From assembly GCA_963750165.1 (NCBI GenBank), contig CAVVPN010000004.1, forward strand, positions 1,216,001 through 1,280,000: 64,000 nt of DNA. The letters run 5' to 3'. The notes under the pieces are model-generated. The model was not told the origin of the DNA and searched no databases. It was given only the letters and a program-made list of their open reading frames with translations. Within the stretch, counting starts at the first letter, position 1, and the number at the start of each line of letters is the position of its first letter. Of this stretch, positions 1-10,766 are shown in pieces. This DNA comes from an uncultured Gemmataceae bacterium. GTDB lineage: Bacteria > Planctomycetota > Planctomycetia > Gemmatales > Gemmataceae. Position numbers and translations under genes: made by a program.

Positions 1-1005
1 TGGTCAGTTCGCCGCCCTTGAAAATGAACTTCCGGGCGCTGCCGGCACCGGCACCGACCTGCTGTTGCCGGCTGACGCGCCATTCGCCCTGGAGCGCCGT
101 GGCGTCGTCCTTCGGGCGCTCTCCAGCGTTTTCAGCCGCAGCCGCAGGGCTTCGACTTCTTTCCTGGCGGCGTCACGTTCCTTCCGGGCGTTGTCCGCGT
201 CCACCTTGGCCAGAACCACCTCCTCATTGAGTTTGCTGTTTTCCTTGCGGAACTTGTCGAGGTCGGCATTCTTGGTCTGGAGCGCCTGCTTTTCCTGGGT
301 CAGCTTGGCCTTGACGGCGAGCAGGTTCTTGACTTCCTTCTCCTTGACCTGAACCTGCTTGTCCTTGTTGGCCAGCGCATCTTGCAGTTTCTTTTGCTCC
401 TCGTCGCGCTTTTTCAAGGTGAGCGCGAGCGCACGGATTTCCGCCGTCAGTCGCTGCTGCTCTTGCAGGGACTGGGCCAACTCCTTTTCCGCCTTGGCCA
501 GCAGTTTGGTTTTCTCCTCCAGCTTCCTGTCCACGCCCGTGCCGGTCGATTTCAACTTGGCCAGCTCAGACTCGGCGGCCTTGCGCTTCGCTTCGAGGTC
601 GGCCACCTTCGCGGCGTGGGCTTTCTGCTGCTGTTCCAGTTTCGCCGCCTGCTGCTGGGCGGCTTCCAGGTCCTTGAGCAACGGCTGTAACTTTTCGGCC
701 GCCTGCTTTGCGTCCGCGGCTTGTGTCACCGCCTCGTCCCTGGCCTGCTGGATTTCGGCTTGCAGTTTCTTGATCGCGGACAGCCCGGCGGTCACCTTCT
801 GATCCCGGGCGTCGCGTTGCTTCTTGAACTCCGCTTCCGCCTTCTCCTGCTCCTTCTTCAGGGCTTCAATTTCCCTGGCCCGGTCGGCGAGCTTCTGCTC
901 CTTGTCGCGGTTGCCGTTGAACGCCACGATCAGAGCCACGGCCAGGATAAGCACCATCACGATGGAGCCGCCGCCCAGCAGCCGCATCAGTATTGTGTTG
1001 TTCAT
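1..1005 (-). CDS. Membrane-anchored long coiled-coil protein; after a probable frameshift at ~115 it continues into a TIGR03067-like planctomycete domain that runs off the window
   Basis: ATG at 1005. N-terminal hydrophobic helix (IVMVLILAVALIVAF), then ~270 aa of K/E/Q/A heptads. The alternative frame near 115 reads PKDDATALQGEWRVSRQQQVG...KFIFKGGELT, matching the D..LQG.W start of TIGR03067. Confidence 0.7.
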
Positions 1006-1241
1006 GGGATTCTCGTTCGCGGGTTGGGGGGTGCGTTGCGGGTTGGCCCGTCTCCGGGCGGTTGCTTCGATGTTGGCGAACGCCGCGGCGCCTGTCAAGC
1101 GAACCGGCAAAATTTTCCGCCGGCACCGATTGTGCCGGACGCTTTTATGACGACAGTGCCGGCCGGAGCGTTTGCGGCAGAAACCGCGTGTGCGGTTGCT
1201 ACAATATCCGCACGTCCTTTTGTTGGCTCAGGAGAGCGTCC

Positions 1242-3592
1242 GTGGCGAAGAAGAAGAAGCCCCTGCTGCACGTTTCGTTGCCGGAGTTGCGCGCCGCGTG
1301 GAGCGCGCCGGCCGCGAGGGCCGCTACCACCAGGCGCTGGAGCTGGCCAATTCCCTGTACCGTCGCGAGCCCACCGAGCAAAACCGCGAGCTGCTCAAGA
1401 CCATGACGCTCGGCCGCGCTCGCCAGCTGCGCACCGAGGGCAAGACGCGCGACGCTTATCAGATGTTGCAGAACGCCTTCTCGCACGACACCGCCCCCGC
1501 CTGGCTGGAACAGCTCGCCCAGGAGATGGCGCTGTGCGGCCACCCCGGCGAGGCGCTCAAACTGCTGGAGCGTGTGCCCAACTCGACAATCCGACTGGGC
1601 CTCTATGGCCACAGTGCCGACACGGCACTCGCCCAGGGGCCGGCCGGTCGCGCCACGCTGCCGGCGGAGTTGCAGCCGCAGTTCGACCTGGTCATCCAGG
1701 CGTTCGCCCGGCTGGAGACGGGCCAGGACGAGGAAGCGAAAACGCTGCTGCAAGGCATTGGGCTGCAGTCGCCGTTTCTGGAGTGGAAGGTGTTTGCCCG
1801 CGGCCTGTCGGCGTTCTACCAGGGCGACGACACGCGGGCCATCGAGAACTGGCAACGGCTCAATGCCGACCGGCTGCCGGCGCGCGTGGCGGCGCCGCTG
1901 CGCTTCCGTATTGACGCCGACTACCGCGTCGCCCAGTCACCGGCCACGCAGACGGTGTTGCAGCAGCAGAGCGACCGGTTGCAGGGTTCGACGCTGATCC
2001 AGGCGCTGCGCGGCGTGCAGAAGGCCGTGGCCAACGAGCGGCAGCTGAGCGACGCCTTCCGCCAGGCGGAAAAACTGCTGCCCAACCTGCAGCGCGAGGC
2101 GCCGCCGATGGTAACGCGGCTGGCGCGGGCGTTTTACTGGGCGATCATCAGCCACGGCCAGCCGGAGGACCTGCGCCGCTACCAGCGCATCTTCGGCCCG
2201 CCGGCGGACGACCCGAAACTGGCGCGGCTGGAGGCTCTGGCGCTGGAGCGGCGCGACCAGCCGGCCGACGCCCATCAAAGCTGGCAGGTGTACGAGCAGT
2301 CGGTGGCCGCCGACCGCCACACCTGGCCCGGCGATCAGGCCGACCGCGTCCGTGCCCTGGTCTGGCTGCACATGGGCCACAACGCCGCCGACGCGGCCGA
2401 GCTGCCCGAGCTGGACGAGTTGCCGCCGTTCTTCCGCAACCGGCCCGGCAAACCGCGGCCGCTCAAGCCGAGCGCCGAGGAGTGCTTCGAGAAGAGCATC
2501 GCGCTGGCCCCCGATCAGCTGGAGCCGTACATCGCGCTGGTGGCGTATTTCCTCGACGAGAACAAGGACGGCAAGGCAGAGAAGGCGGCGCGGCGGCTGC
2601 TGGCACACTTCCCGGACCATGTGCCGACGCTGGAACAGCTCGGCGAATTGCGCATGAAGAAGCGCGACTACGGCGAGGCACTGGAGTTGTACCAGCGAGC
2701 GCTGAAGGGCAACCCGCTGGAGCGGCGGCTGCGCAGCAAGGTGGCGAACGCCCACGCTTACCACGCCCGGGTGCTGGCCGAGGCGGGCCGCTTCGACGAG
2801 GCGCGGCAGGAGTACCAGGCGACGCTGAGCTTCGACGACGTGGGCGGCGGCGCGTCGATTCTGTGCAAGTGGTCGGCGTGCGAGTTCAAGGCTGGCGACG
2901 CGGCGCGGGCGGAGGAGCTGCTGGCCCAGGCGTACGTGCGGCAGGGTCATCGGCTGCCGGTCGCGTTTCACATGCTCATCGAGACGATCCGCTTCAAACT
3001 GGGCCGGACGCTGAAAAGCCGTTTCGACAAGGAATTCAAGGAGCAACTGAAGGAACCACCGGACGCGAAGGCGGCAGCGGCCATCGCCGAGACGGTCGCC
3101 GCCCTCCGGGCCGCGGGCGTCGAGTACACCGGTCAGAAGACGCACGAGAAGCAGGTGACCGCCTACCTCGACCGCGCCAGCGAGGCGACGTTCAGCGAGC
3201 AGCAGTTGACGGACATTTGCGAGGCGCTGCGGCGCGTGAAGTCGGTGCGGCTGTTCACGCGCTTCGTGCATCGCGGCCAGGCGCTGTTCCCGAACAGCCC
3301 GACGTTCTACCTGGCGGAGGCGGAATTCCTGGTTGAACAGGGCAAGCGTCGCTGTCCGATCTACGAGGCGCGGCAACTGCTGGAGCGGGCGCGAACGCTG
3401 GCGACGGCGCTGCCGCCGGACGACCGTCAGCGGCGCATGCTGGAGCGCATCGCCGACCTGCTGGACCAGGTGCGGGCCTTCAATCCGTTCGCGGCGCTCA
3501 TGGACGAGGTGCCCGGCCGGTTCTTCGAGAGCTTCTTCGGCGGCGGGCCTGAGTTCGACGACGACGACGATTACGAAGACGATTGGGAGTGA
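1242..3592 (+). CDS. Large TPR-repeat protein (probable frameshift at ~1295)
   Basis: GGAG RBS at 1231 and GTG at 1242 give MAKKKKPLLHVSLPELRA, which joins the 1172..3592 frame at RVERAGREG. Multiple TPR-like units (AEECFEKSIALAP, ALELYQRALKGNP) and an acidic tail DDDDDYEDDWE. Confidence 0.8.
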
Positions 3593-3598
3593 GGAACG

Positions 3599-3892
3599 AT
3601 GTCCGACCCGTATCAAGTGCTGGGCCTGCCGGCGGACAGCGATGACGACGCCATCCGCCGGCGGTATCTGGAGTTGGTCAAGCAGTTCTCGCCGGAGAAA
3701 CACCCGGAGAAATTCGCCCAGGTGCGGCAGGCGTACGAGAGCCTGCGCGACCTGACGACGCGGCTGCGGCACCGGCTGTTTGAGGCCGGGAAGAACGAGA
3801 GTGTAGACGTGATCATTGAGGAGCTGTCATGTCGGAACTTGCGCCGCCGCCTGTCCCTGCAGACGCTGCTGACGGCCGTCAAGGCCCCCTGA
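3599..3892 (+). CDS. Small J-domain (DnaJ-like) protein with a non-canonical HPD loop
   Basis: DPYQVLGL...IRRRYLELVKQFSPEK...FAQVRQAYESLRD fits the J-domain pattern. SPE occupies the HPD position. Confidence 0.85.
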   Translation: MSDPYQVLGLPADSDDDAIRRRYLELVKQFSPEKHPEKFAQVRQAYESLRDLTTRLRHRLFEAGKNESVDVIIEELSCRNLRRRLSLQTLLTAVKAP

Positions 3893-4827
3893 GTCCCTCC
3901 GAGATCGATGCGCTGCTGAACGACTTCCGCGCCTGGCTCACGCAGCACGGGGAAGCCGTGGTGGGGCCGGCGCCGGCGGAGGTGGTGGACCTGGCGACGC
4001 TGGTGGGCCAGTTCGTGGCGCTGCGGCACGAGGTCAACCTGCAAACGAAGGCGACGCGCGCCCAGCAGCAGCAGAACGCCGACACGTTGCAGCAGCTCGG
4101 CCAGGCCCTGGACGTGCTGGCGGCACGCGGGGCCGCCGTCGAGGAGGCGGAGCAAATCGGCCAGGACGAGCAGTTGAAACCGCTGCTACGCACGCTGGTC
4201 GATCTGTGGGACGCGCTGGCGCTGGCCCAGCGTGAGACGCAACGGCTGCAGGACGGTCTGCAACCGCTGCCGGAACCCGAGTCCGTGGCGGAGCCGGAAG
4301 CGGAGCCGATCGCGCCGCCGACGCTGGAGTCGGCCCCGCTGCCGAGGCCGAAGCCGCGTCCGTTCCTGGCGCGGCTGTTCGGCGGCGCCGGCGACCCGGA
4401 GGACGAGGCGGCGGCGCTCGCCGCGCACCAGGATTTGCAGGAAAAAGCCCGCAAGTTGCTCGCGGAGCAGCACGCGCGGCTGGCGAAGCAGCAACAGCAG
4501 CTGGCAGAGCAGCACGCCCGGCTGGCGGCGCTGACCGGGCAGCAGCGGGACGCGCGGCAGAACGAAGCGCGGCTGCGGCAGATGCTCGCGTCAGTGCTGA
4601 CGGGCTATACAATGAGTTTGCAGCGGCTGGAACGCGCTTTGCAACAGCACGGCCTGGAGCCTATCGCGTGCGTCGGTCAGCCGTTCGACCCCGAGACGAT
4701 GGAAGTGGTGGACGTGGTGGCGCAGCCGGGCCGTAATGGCACCGAGGTGCTGGAAGAGGTGCGGCGCGGCTACCGGCGGCGCGGCCGCGTCTTCCGCTAC
4801 GCCCAGGTGCGCGTGGCGCGGCCGTGA
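3829..4827 (+). CDS. grpE: GrpE-family nucleotide exchange factor, extended paralog (start uncertain)
   Basis: C-terminal GrpE signature GLEPIACVGQPFDPETMEVV...VLEEVRRGY...RVFRYAQVRV, preceded by a long coiled coil with a Pro-rich insert. Directly upstream of Hsp70. Confidence 0.85.
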   Translation: MSELAPPPVPADAADGRQGPLSPSEIDALLNDFRAWLTQHGEAVVGPAPAEVVDLATLVGQFVALRHEVNLQTKATRAQQQQNADTLQQLGQALDVLAARGAAVEEAEQIGQDEQLKPLLRTLVDLWDALALAQRETQRLQDGLQPLPEPESVAEPEAEPIAPPTLESAPLPRPKPRPFLARLFGGAGDPEDEAAALAAHQDLQEKARKLLAEQHARLAKQQQQLAEQHARLAALTGQQRDARQNEARLRQMLASVLTGYTMSLQRLERALQQHGLEPIACVGQPFDPETMEVVDVVAQPGRNGTEVLEEVRRGYRRRGRVFRYAQVRVARP

Positions 4828-4834
4828 TGTATTT

Positions 4835-4941
4835 CTCCCCTCTCCCCTCTCAGGGGGAGAGGGGTCGGGGGTGAGGGGGTCAGACGCTTGGCCCTGGAAA
4901 ACCACCCCCTCACCCCCGACCCCTGAGAGGGGAGAGGGGAG
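4835..4941. repeat. Purine/pyrimidine-tract palindromic REP-like element (PSPLRGEG-type)
   Basis: ctcccctctcccctctcaggggg-agaggggtcgggggtgagggg ... ccccctcacccccgacccct-gagaggggagaggggag forms nested inverted repeats between grpE and the Hsp70 gene. Confidence 0.8.
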
Positions 4942-4959
4942 TAAGAACAGGAGACCCCA

Positions 4960-6798
4960 ATGGCAGACCTCATCGTCGGCATTGACCTGGGCACCACCAA
5001 CAGCGAGGTGGCCCTGGTGCGTGATGGCCAGCCGCACGTCTTCGCCGAGGACGGCGATCCCATCCTGCCGTCGTTCGTCGGCCTGTCCGAGGACGGCCGG
5101 CTGCTGGTCGGCAAGGCGGCACGCAACCAGTGGGTGCTCGCCCCCGAGCGCACCATCAAGTCCATCAAGCGCAAGATGGGCCAGGACGTGAAGGTCAAAC
5201 TCGGCGACCAGGAGTATCGGCCGCAGGAAATCTCCGCCATGATCCTGCGGGCCCTGCGCGACCGTGCCTCCCAGGAGCTGAACCAGCCGGTGACGAAGGC
5301 GGTCATCACGGTGCCGGCGTACTTCAACGACGCCCAGCGCCAGGCGACGCGCGAGGCGGGCGAACTGGCCGGCCTGGAAGTGGTGCGCATCCTCAATGAG
5401 CCGACGGCCGCGTCGCTGACCTACGACCCCAACCAGCGCGACCTGCGGCGCATGCTCGTCTACGACCTGGGCGGCGGCACCTTCGACGTGTCCATCGTGC
5501 AGTCGCAGGAGGGCGTCATTGAAGTGCTGTCCAGCCACGGCGACACGCAACTCGGCGGCGACGACTTCGACGAGCTGTTGCTGAACCACGTCTGTACGCT
5601 GTTCCAGGAGGAGCACGGCATCGACCTGCGCCAGAACGTGATCGCGAAGGCGCGGCTGCTCAAGGCGGTCGAGGAGGCGAAGAAGCAGCTATCCTTCCAC
5701 CCACTGACGCGCATCGAGGAGGAGTTCATCGCCGAGAAGGACGGCCAGGCGCTGCACCTGAACGTGGAGGTGTCGCGTGAGGAGTACGAGGCGATGATCC
5801 GGCCGCTGCTCGACCGCACGATGGAGTGCGTGCAGCGGGCGCTGGACGACGCCCGGCTGACCGGCCGCGATGTGAACAAGGTGGTGCTGGTCGGCGGCGT
5901 CACGCGGACGCCGCTGATCTCGCAACTGCTGGAGGAGCGCCTCGGCCAGACCGCCCACCAGGAGGTGAACCCGGACCTGTGCGTGGCGATGGGCGCCGCC
6001 ATCCAGGCGGGTCTGATCGCCGGCGTCGAGGTCGGCGCCGTGCTGGTGGACATCACGCCGCACACGCTCGGCATCAAGTGCCTGGACGTGGTCGGCGGCT
6101 TCGACTTCCCGTTCCGCTTCGCGCCGATCCTGCACCGCAACACGCCGCTGCCGGCCAACCGCAGCGAGATGTTCCGCACCGTCCACGACAATCAGACGGA
6201 AGTCGAGATCGACGTGTACCAGGGTGAGAGCGACGACGTGCGGCAGAACTTCCGCGTCGGCAAGTTCATGGTGCAGGGCCTGGCGCGAGTGCCGGCCGGC
6301 AATCAGATCGTCGTGCAGCTGGACCTGAACCTGGACGGCATCTTGAAAGTGTCGGCGCGCGAGCGGGCGACGGGACTGCACAAGCAGGTTACCATCGAGA
6401 ACGCCATGGCGCGCTTCCAGCGCGACGAGCGTTCGGTGGCGCGCGAGCGGCTCGACCAGTTGTGGGAGGCCGCCCAGGGCAACGGCGATGAGGACGAGGA
6501 GGGTTTTTACGAGAACTTCGAGGACGAGGGCGACGAGGTTGAGGCGGAGCTGCCGAGCATGCCGGAGGCGCCGGAGCTGGTGTCCGGGCCGCGCGAGGGC
6601 CAGCGCGAGACGGTGCAGGCGCGGGCGCTGCTGGAAAAGGCGGAGCGGCTGCTGTCGGGCGTCTCGCCGGAGGACCGCGTGGAGGTCGAGCGGCTGATGA
6701 CCCGGGTGCGCACCGCGATGACCGACCGGCAATGGGATAAGCTGACCACGGCCAACAACGAACTGAGCGACATCCTCTTTTACCTGGAGGACGTGTGA
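4960..6798 (+). CDS. dnaK: Hsp70/DnaK-family chaperone (accessory paralog, probably not the housekeeping DnaK)
   Basis: Motifs GIDLGTTNS, TVPAYFNDAQRQAT, NEPTAA, DLGGGTFDVS, GGDDFD. Divergent linker GAVLVDITP, a substrate-binding domain and an acidic insert in the lid. GGAG RBS. Confidence 0.93.
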   Translation: MADLIVGIDLGTTNSEVALVRDGQPHVFAEDGDPILPSFVGLSEDGRLLVGKAARNQWVLAPERTIKSIKRKMGQDVKVKLGDQEYRPQEISAMILRALRDRASQELNQPVTKAVITVPAYFNDAQRQATREAGELAGLEVVRILNEPTAASLTYDPNQRDLRRMLVYDLGGGTFDVSIVQSQEGVIEVLSSHGDTQLGGDDFDELLLNHVCTLFQEEHGIDLRQNVIAKARLLKAVEEAKKQLSFHPLTRIEEEFIAEKDGQALHLNVEVSREEYEAMIRPLLDRTMECVQRALDDARLTGRDVNKVVLVGGVTRTPLISQLLEERLGQTAHQEVNPDLCVAMGAAIQAGLIAGVEVGAVLVDITPHTLGIKCLDVVGGFDFPFRFAPILHRNTPLPANRSEMFRTVHDNQTEVEIDVYQGESDDVRQNFRVGKFMVQGLARVPAGNQIVVQLDLNLDGILKVSARERATGLHKQVTIENAMARFQRDERSVARERLDQLWEAAQGNGDEDEEGFYENFEDEGDEVEAELPSMPEAPELVSGPREGQRETVQARALLEKAERLLSGVSPEDRVEVERLMTRVRTAMTDRQWDKLTTANNELSDILFYLEDV

Positions 6799-7082
6799 GC
6801 GTGCGCTGCCCCGCCTGTGGTGCCGAGAACACGCAAGGGCCGCAGTGCCGCCGCTGCCGGGCGGACCTGGCGCTGCTGTTCGCGCTGGAGGATCAACGAC
6901 AGCGAACGCTGGCGTCGTCGCGGCGGCACCTGATGCACGGCGACGCCACGGCGGCGCTGGGCCTCGCCGAGGACGCCCACCGGATGCGGCGCGACGCGGA
7001 GTCGTGGCAGGTGCTGGCGCTGGCGCACCTGTTGCGCCGCGACTTCGCCGCGGCGCTGCGCTGTGCGCGGGCCGGGGCGTGA
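6795..7082 (+). CDS. Small Zn-ribbon plus TPR-like helical protein
   Basis: GTG start overlaps the Hsp70 stop (GTGA). CPACG-x7-CRRC double CxxC, then a TPR-like helix pair. Confidence 0.75.
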   Translation: MSVRCPACGAENTQGPQCRRCRADLALLFALEDQRQRTLASSRRHLMHGDATAALGLAEDAHRMRRDAESWQVLALAHLLRRDFAAALRCARAGA

Positions 7083-7090
7083 GCGGGTGT

Positions 7091-7157
7091 CTTGTCCGAG
7101 CCCGAGCGCCAGCGCGGGGCACAGCTGGTCCCTCGCTGGCGCTCGGGCTCGGACAAG
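7091..7157. repeat. REP-like palindrome, family A (GAGCCCGAGCGCCAGCG-loop-CGCTGGCGCTCGGGCTC)
   Basis: 24-bp perfect inverted arms. The same core occurs at 13848, 33494, 36611, 39765 and 43449. Confidence 0.9.
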
Positions 7158-7206
7158 GCGAGCAGGATCATTTGAGAAAGGGTGTGGTGCGGAGAGGGGA
7201 CGACGC

Positions 7207-8480
7207 ATGGCGCAACGACCAGAGCCCGCGGACACCGTGCTCATCGTGGACGACGAGGAGCCGGTGCGGCGCACCTTCCGTGAGTGGCTGGAACGCGCCA
7301 ACCTCGGCGTCCGCATTCTGGCCGCGGCCGACGCCGAGGGGGCGCTGCGGTTGGCCAACGAGCAGCCCATCGACCTGGCCATCCTCGACTGGGCGCCGGC
7401 GCCGGCGAGGACGGCCTGACCCTGCTGCGCGACCTGCGCGAATATCAGCCCGACGTGGTCGCCATCATGATTACCGGCTACGCCAACAAGGCGACGCCGC
7501 TCGACGCCATGCGCATGGGCGTCCGCGATTACCTCGACAAGAACCAGGACCTCAGCGAGAAAACCTTCCTGGCGGCGGTGCGCAAGCAACTTGACCAGAT
7601 CCGGCCCGCCAAGCGCGAGCGGCAATTGAACCAGAGCCTGCGAGCGTTCCGTGAGTCGGTCGAAAAGATCCTGCCGCTGGTGCAGTCCACGGCGGCGCTC
7701 AACGACCCGGTGCCATTGCCGGACGCCGTGCGCGGCCTGTTCCGCTTCCTGCTGGAGGCGACGCACGCCCAGGGCGGCGTGCTGCTCGCGCGCCACTACG
7801 ACACCAGCAGCCAGCCCAGCGAACGGCTGCGTGCCTACGACGTGCAGGGCGATGCGCTGGACGCGCCGCTGGTGCCGTTCGCGCGGTCGCTGGCGGCCAC
7901 GGTGGTCAGCCGGCAGGAGCCGTGTGTCCTGGAGCATCTGGAGCAGACCGCGGCGGCCGGCAACGTACAGTTGCAACCGTTCGAGCGCAATCGGCGGTCG
8001 CTGCTGGCGGTGCCGCTGACGGTGGCGCCCGGCGTCCATGTCGTGCTGGAACTGTTCGACAAGCGTGGGCCGGGCGGCGCGGCGGTGGCGTTCACCGACG
8101 CGGATCAACGGCTGCTGCGGGCGGCGGCGGGCTTCGGCACGGAATTGCTACGGCAAGTGCTGGCCAACCGGCAGACGAATCAGGTGTTGCTGGACGCGGT
8201 GGCGGCGGCGCTGCGGGCCAGCGACGGCGTGACCGCCAGCCTCGGCGGTGACGTGGCCCAGCGGTTGCAGGAACCGCCGCCGGACGCCGTGCTCGACCAG
8301 CTGCGCCAGGGCCTTCGCGCTGCGCCGGGTGGCGCCGTGGACGCCGACGAAAGTTTGCGGTTGGCCGAGGCGATCCGCGTGCTGGCGCTGCGGCACGGCA
8401 GCCCGGCGCTGCGGCACTGCACGCGCCTGGTGGAGCAACTGCGCGAACTGCTCGACGCGGTCAGTGGTGTGGCGATGTAA
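7207..8480 (+). CDS. Response regulator: receiver + GAF + C-terminal helical region (frameshift at ~7392)
   Basis: VLIVDDEE...IDLAILDW (ORF 7063..7419) joins GAGEDGLTLL...IMITGYA...DYLDK (ORF 7284..8480). GAF-like SLLAVPL...VVLELFDK...FTDADQRLL follows. Confidence 0.85.
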
Positions 8481-8599
8481 AGGTTTGACGACCGAGATCG
8501 GCAACGGGGGCCTGGGTGGCATGGCACTCCGCCCCCCGCTCACCGATCTTGGTAGTCATGCCTCACGAGGCGGAACTGCGCACGAAGACAAGAAATCCC

Positions 8600-10577
8600 A
8601 TGCTCGACGATGCCATCCTGCACCCGTTGTTCGCGGACGCGCTGCACCCCGCGCACTTCTTCCTGGGTCCGGATTTGCGGCTCGAATGGTCGCACGTTCC
8701 GGCGGCCGTGGAGCCGTGGGAGGTGTTTCAGGGCCGCCTGCTGGAACCGCGCTTCACACGCCAGCAGCGCACTTTTTCCACCTGGAACGTCTTCGTCATC
8801 GACCACGGCGAGCGCTCGGGCGAACCGCTCCTGTCGCTGAAGCTGGACCGCGCCGCCGGCCAGCTGCATGTCGTGCGCGGCCTGCACTGCCACGTCTGGG
8901 AGAACTACACCGAGGCCGGCAATGTCCTGCTCAGCCGCGAGACGACAGCCTGGCTGCGCGAGTTGGTCGGCACCATTGATCTGGCGCCGCCCCGACGCCG
9001 CAGAACTGCGCGCGGAAGTTGCGGAGTTGTTGTTTCACGCCGTCATCGGCACGAGCCGGCTGCCGCTGAGTTCTGTGGAGGCGCCGCACACGCTGTTTAC
9101 GTTCGGCCGGCTGGCATACTTCCCGCACATCACGTCGGCCGACGCCGAGCCGATGCGCACGCCGCAGGAGTTGATCGAGCGCGGCCTGACGGCGACCCTA
9201 CCGCGACGCGAATACGTCAAATTGCTGGAAACACTGCTGCGGGCGACGCCGGTGGACGAACTGGCCGAGATGACACGCCAGTTGATGGTACGCTGCCTCG
9301 CACTTGGCCGCGCGTGCCAGGACTGGTGCAGTGTGCCGCACGCGCTGCGGTTGCTGTTCCTGGAAGTTTCGCTGTCGCCGTGGACGGGGTTCGTCGAGAA
9401 CGCCCTCGCGTTCGTGCGGCAGCTGGAGGCCGAGGGCTGGCACTCGCTCGCCGAGCGGCTCGACCTGTTGACGGAGCTGCTAACACTCCTCGCCGACCAC
9501 CTCACCGCCTACGACCTGATTACCTTCCACTACCGCGGTGCGAACTATCCAGACGCACTGTTTCTGGACCTCCTTCTGAAGGAGTGCTTGGACCTGGCGG
9601 AGCGGCGGCCCGAGCTGTTCCGGGCGGAGGCCGCACCCGCGAACAGGCAGGACGCCCCGTGCAAGCGCCGCCAGGCACTGCTGCGCGGCTGGCTGCTGCG
9701 CCGCTGCTACGAGGGTCATCCGGTGCCGGACGCGCCGACCTCGCCGGGCGAAAACACGCGCGTCCTGCCGCCGCCGCACGTCCACGTCCCCGAGGAGCAA
9801 ATCCTGCAAACGACGCGGCGTCGCCGCCGGTTGTTCGAGAACGACTCGCTGCCCATCGGGTCCGAGTCGCTGGGCGTGCTGCACCAGGGCGTGGCGAACC
9901 TGTTCGACCCGAGGCTGCTGGCGGACCTGGGCCGGGCCGTGTTCATCGACCGTCCCCTGGGCGTCTTCAAGGCGCCCGCGGAGCCGGACCTGACGCGGCT
10001 GCTGGCCTACCGGGCCGTGAGCCCGTCCATCGCGGCGCGTCGGCTAGAGCAGTTGCTGCGCGACCCAATACTGGCGGCGCCGCCGGCGCTGGCAGAGCAA
10101 TTGTGTGCCAAAATAGCCGCAGGACTCACCGTGCGCGGCCTGCCGATCCGCGACGTGCCGGAGGAGTCGAGACCCGTCGTCGCGCTGGCCGACGCCCGCA
10201 AGGTTGCCGCGGATTTCGTCGTGGTGAGTACGCTGCCTGCCGGGCGGCACTGGCTGCGCGACCAACTGGTCGCTGCGGACCTCCATATCCGTTTCGACCT
10301 GAACTACCTGGCCTACGACACACAGGTGTTGATCGTCCGCGTGGCGCCGCACGGCACCGAATGGGAACCGGTGCTGGCCGTCTATGATGGCGAGTACCGC
10401 AAGCGCCTGGAACTGGGCGTGCGTCCAGCGGACGGCTACGAGCGGCGCGGAGTGCGGGAAATGCCCGCGTCAGGATTGCGATTGCTGCGCGTGTGGCAGG
10501 AGGAGGCGGGCGGGCTGCGCGAGATCGATCTGACGGGGGAAATGGTGATGCTGAGGCCGCCGCCGCAAGCAGGGTAA
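8600..10577 (+). CDS. Hypothetical protein of ~660 aa (frameshift at ~8990)
   Basis: Protein-like frames 8600..~8990 and ~8990..10577 join into one gene with coherent codon usage. No family recognised. Alternative start at 8558. Confidence 0.65.
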
Positions 10578-10766
10578 TGTCGGCGGGCGCGGGACCGGGC
10601 AAACCGGTGGGGCGGCGCCGGTTGTGCGGGCGCTGCGGGCCGTGCCGGGGGTAGGGAATCAGTGACAAGGGGTTGTCACCGAGCGAAGCGGACTGCACAA
10701 TAGCAGCAGGGACAGCGACGACCGCCCAGGCGCCGGCGAACGAATCACCAACCCAAGGAGACCGCG

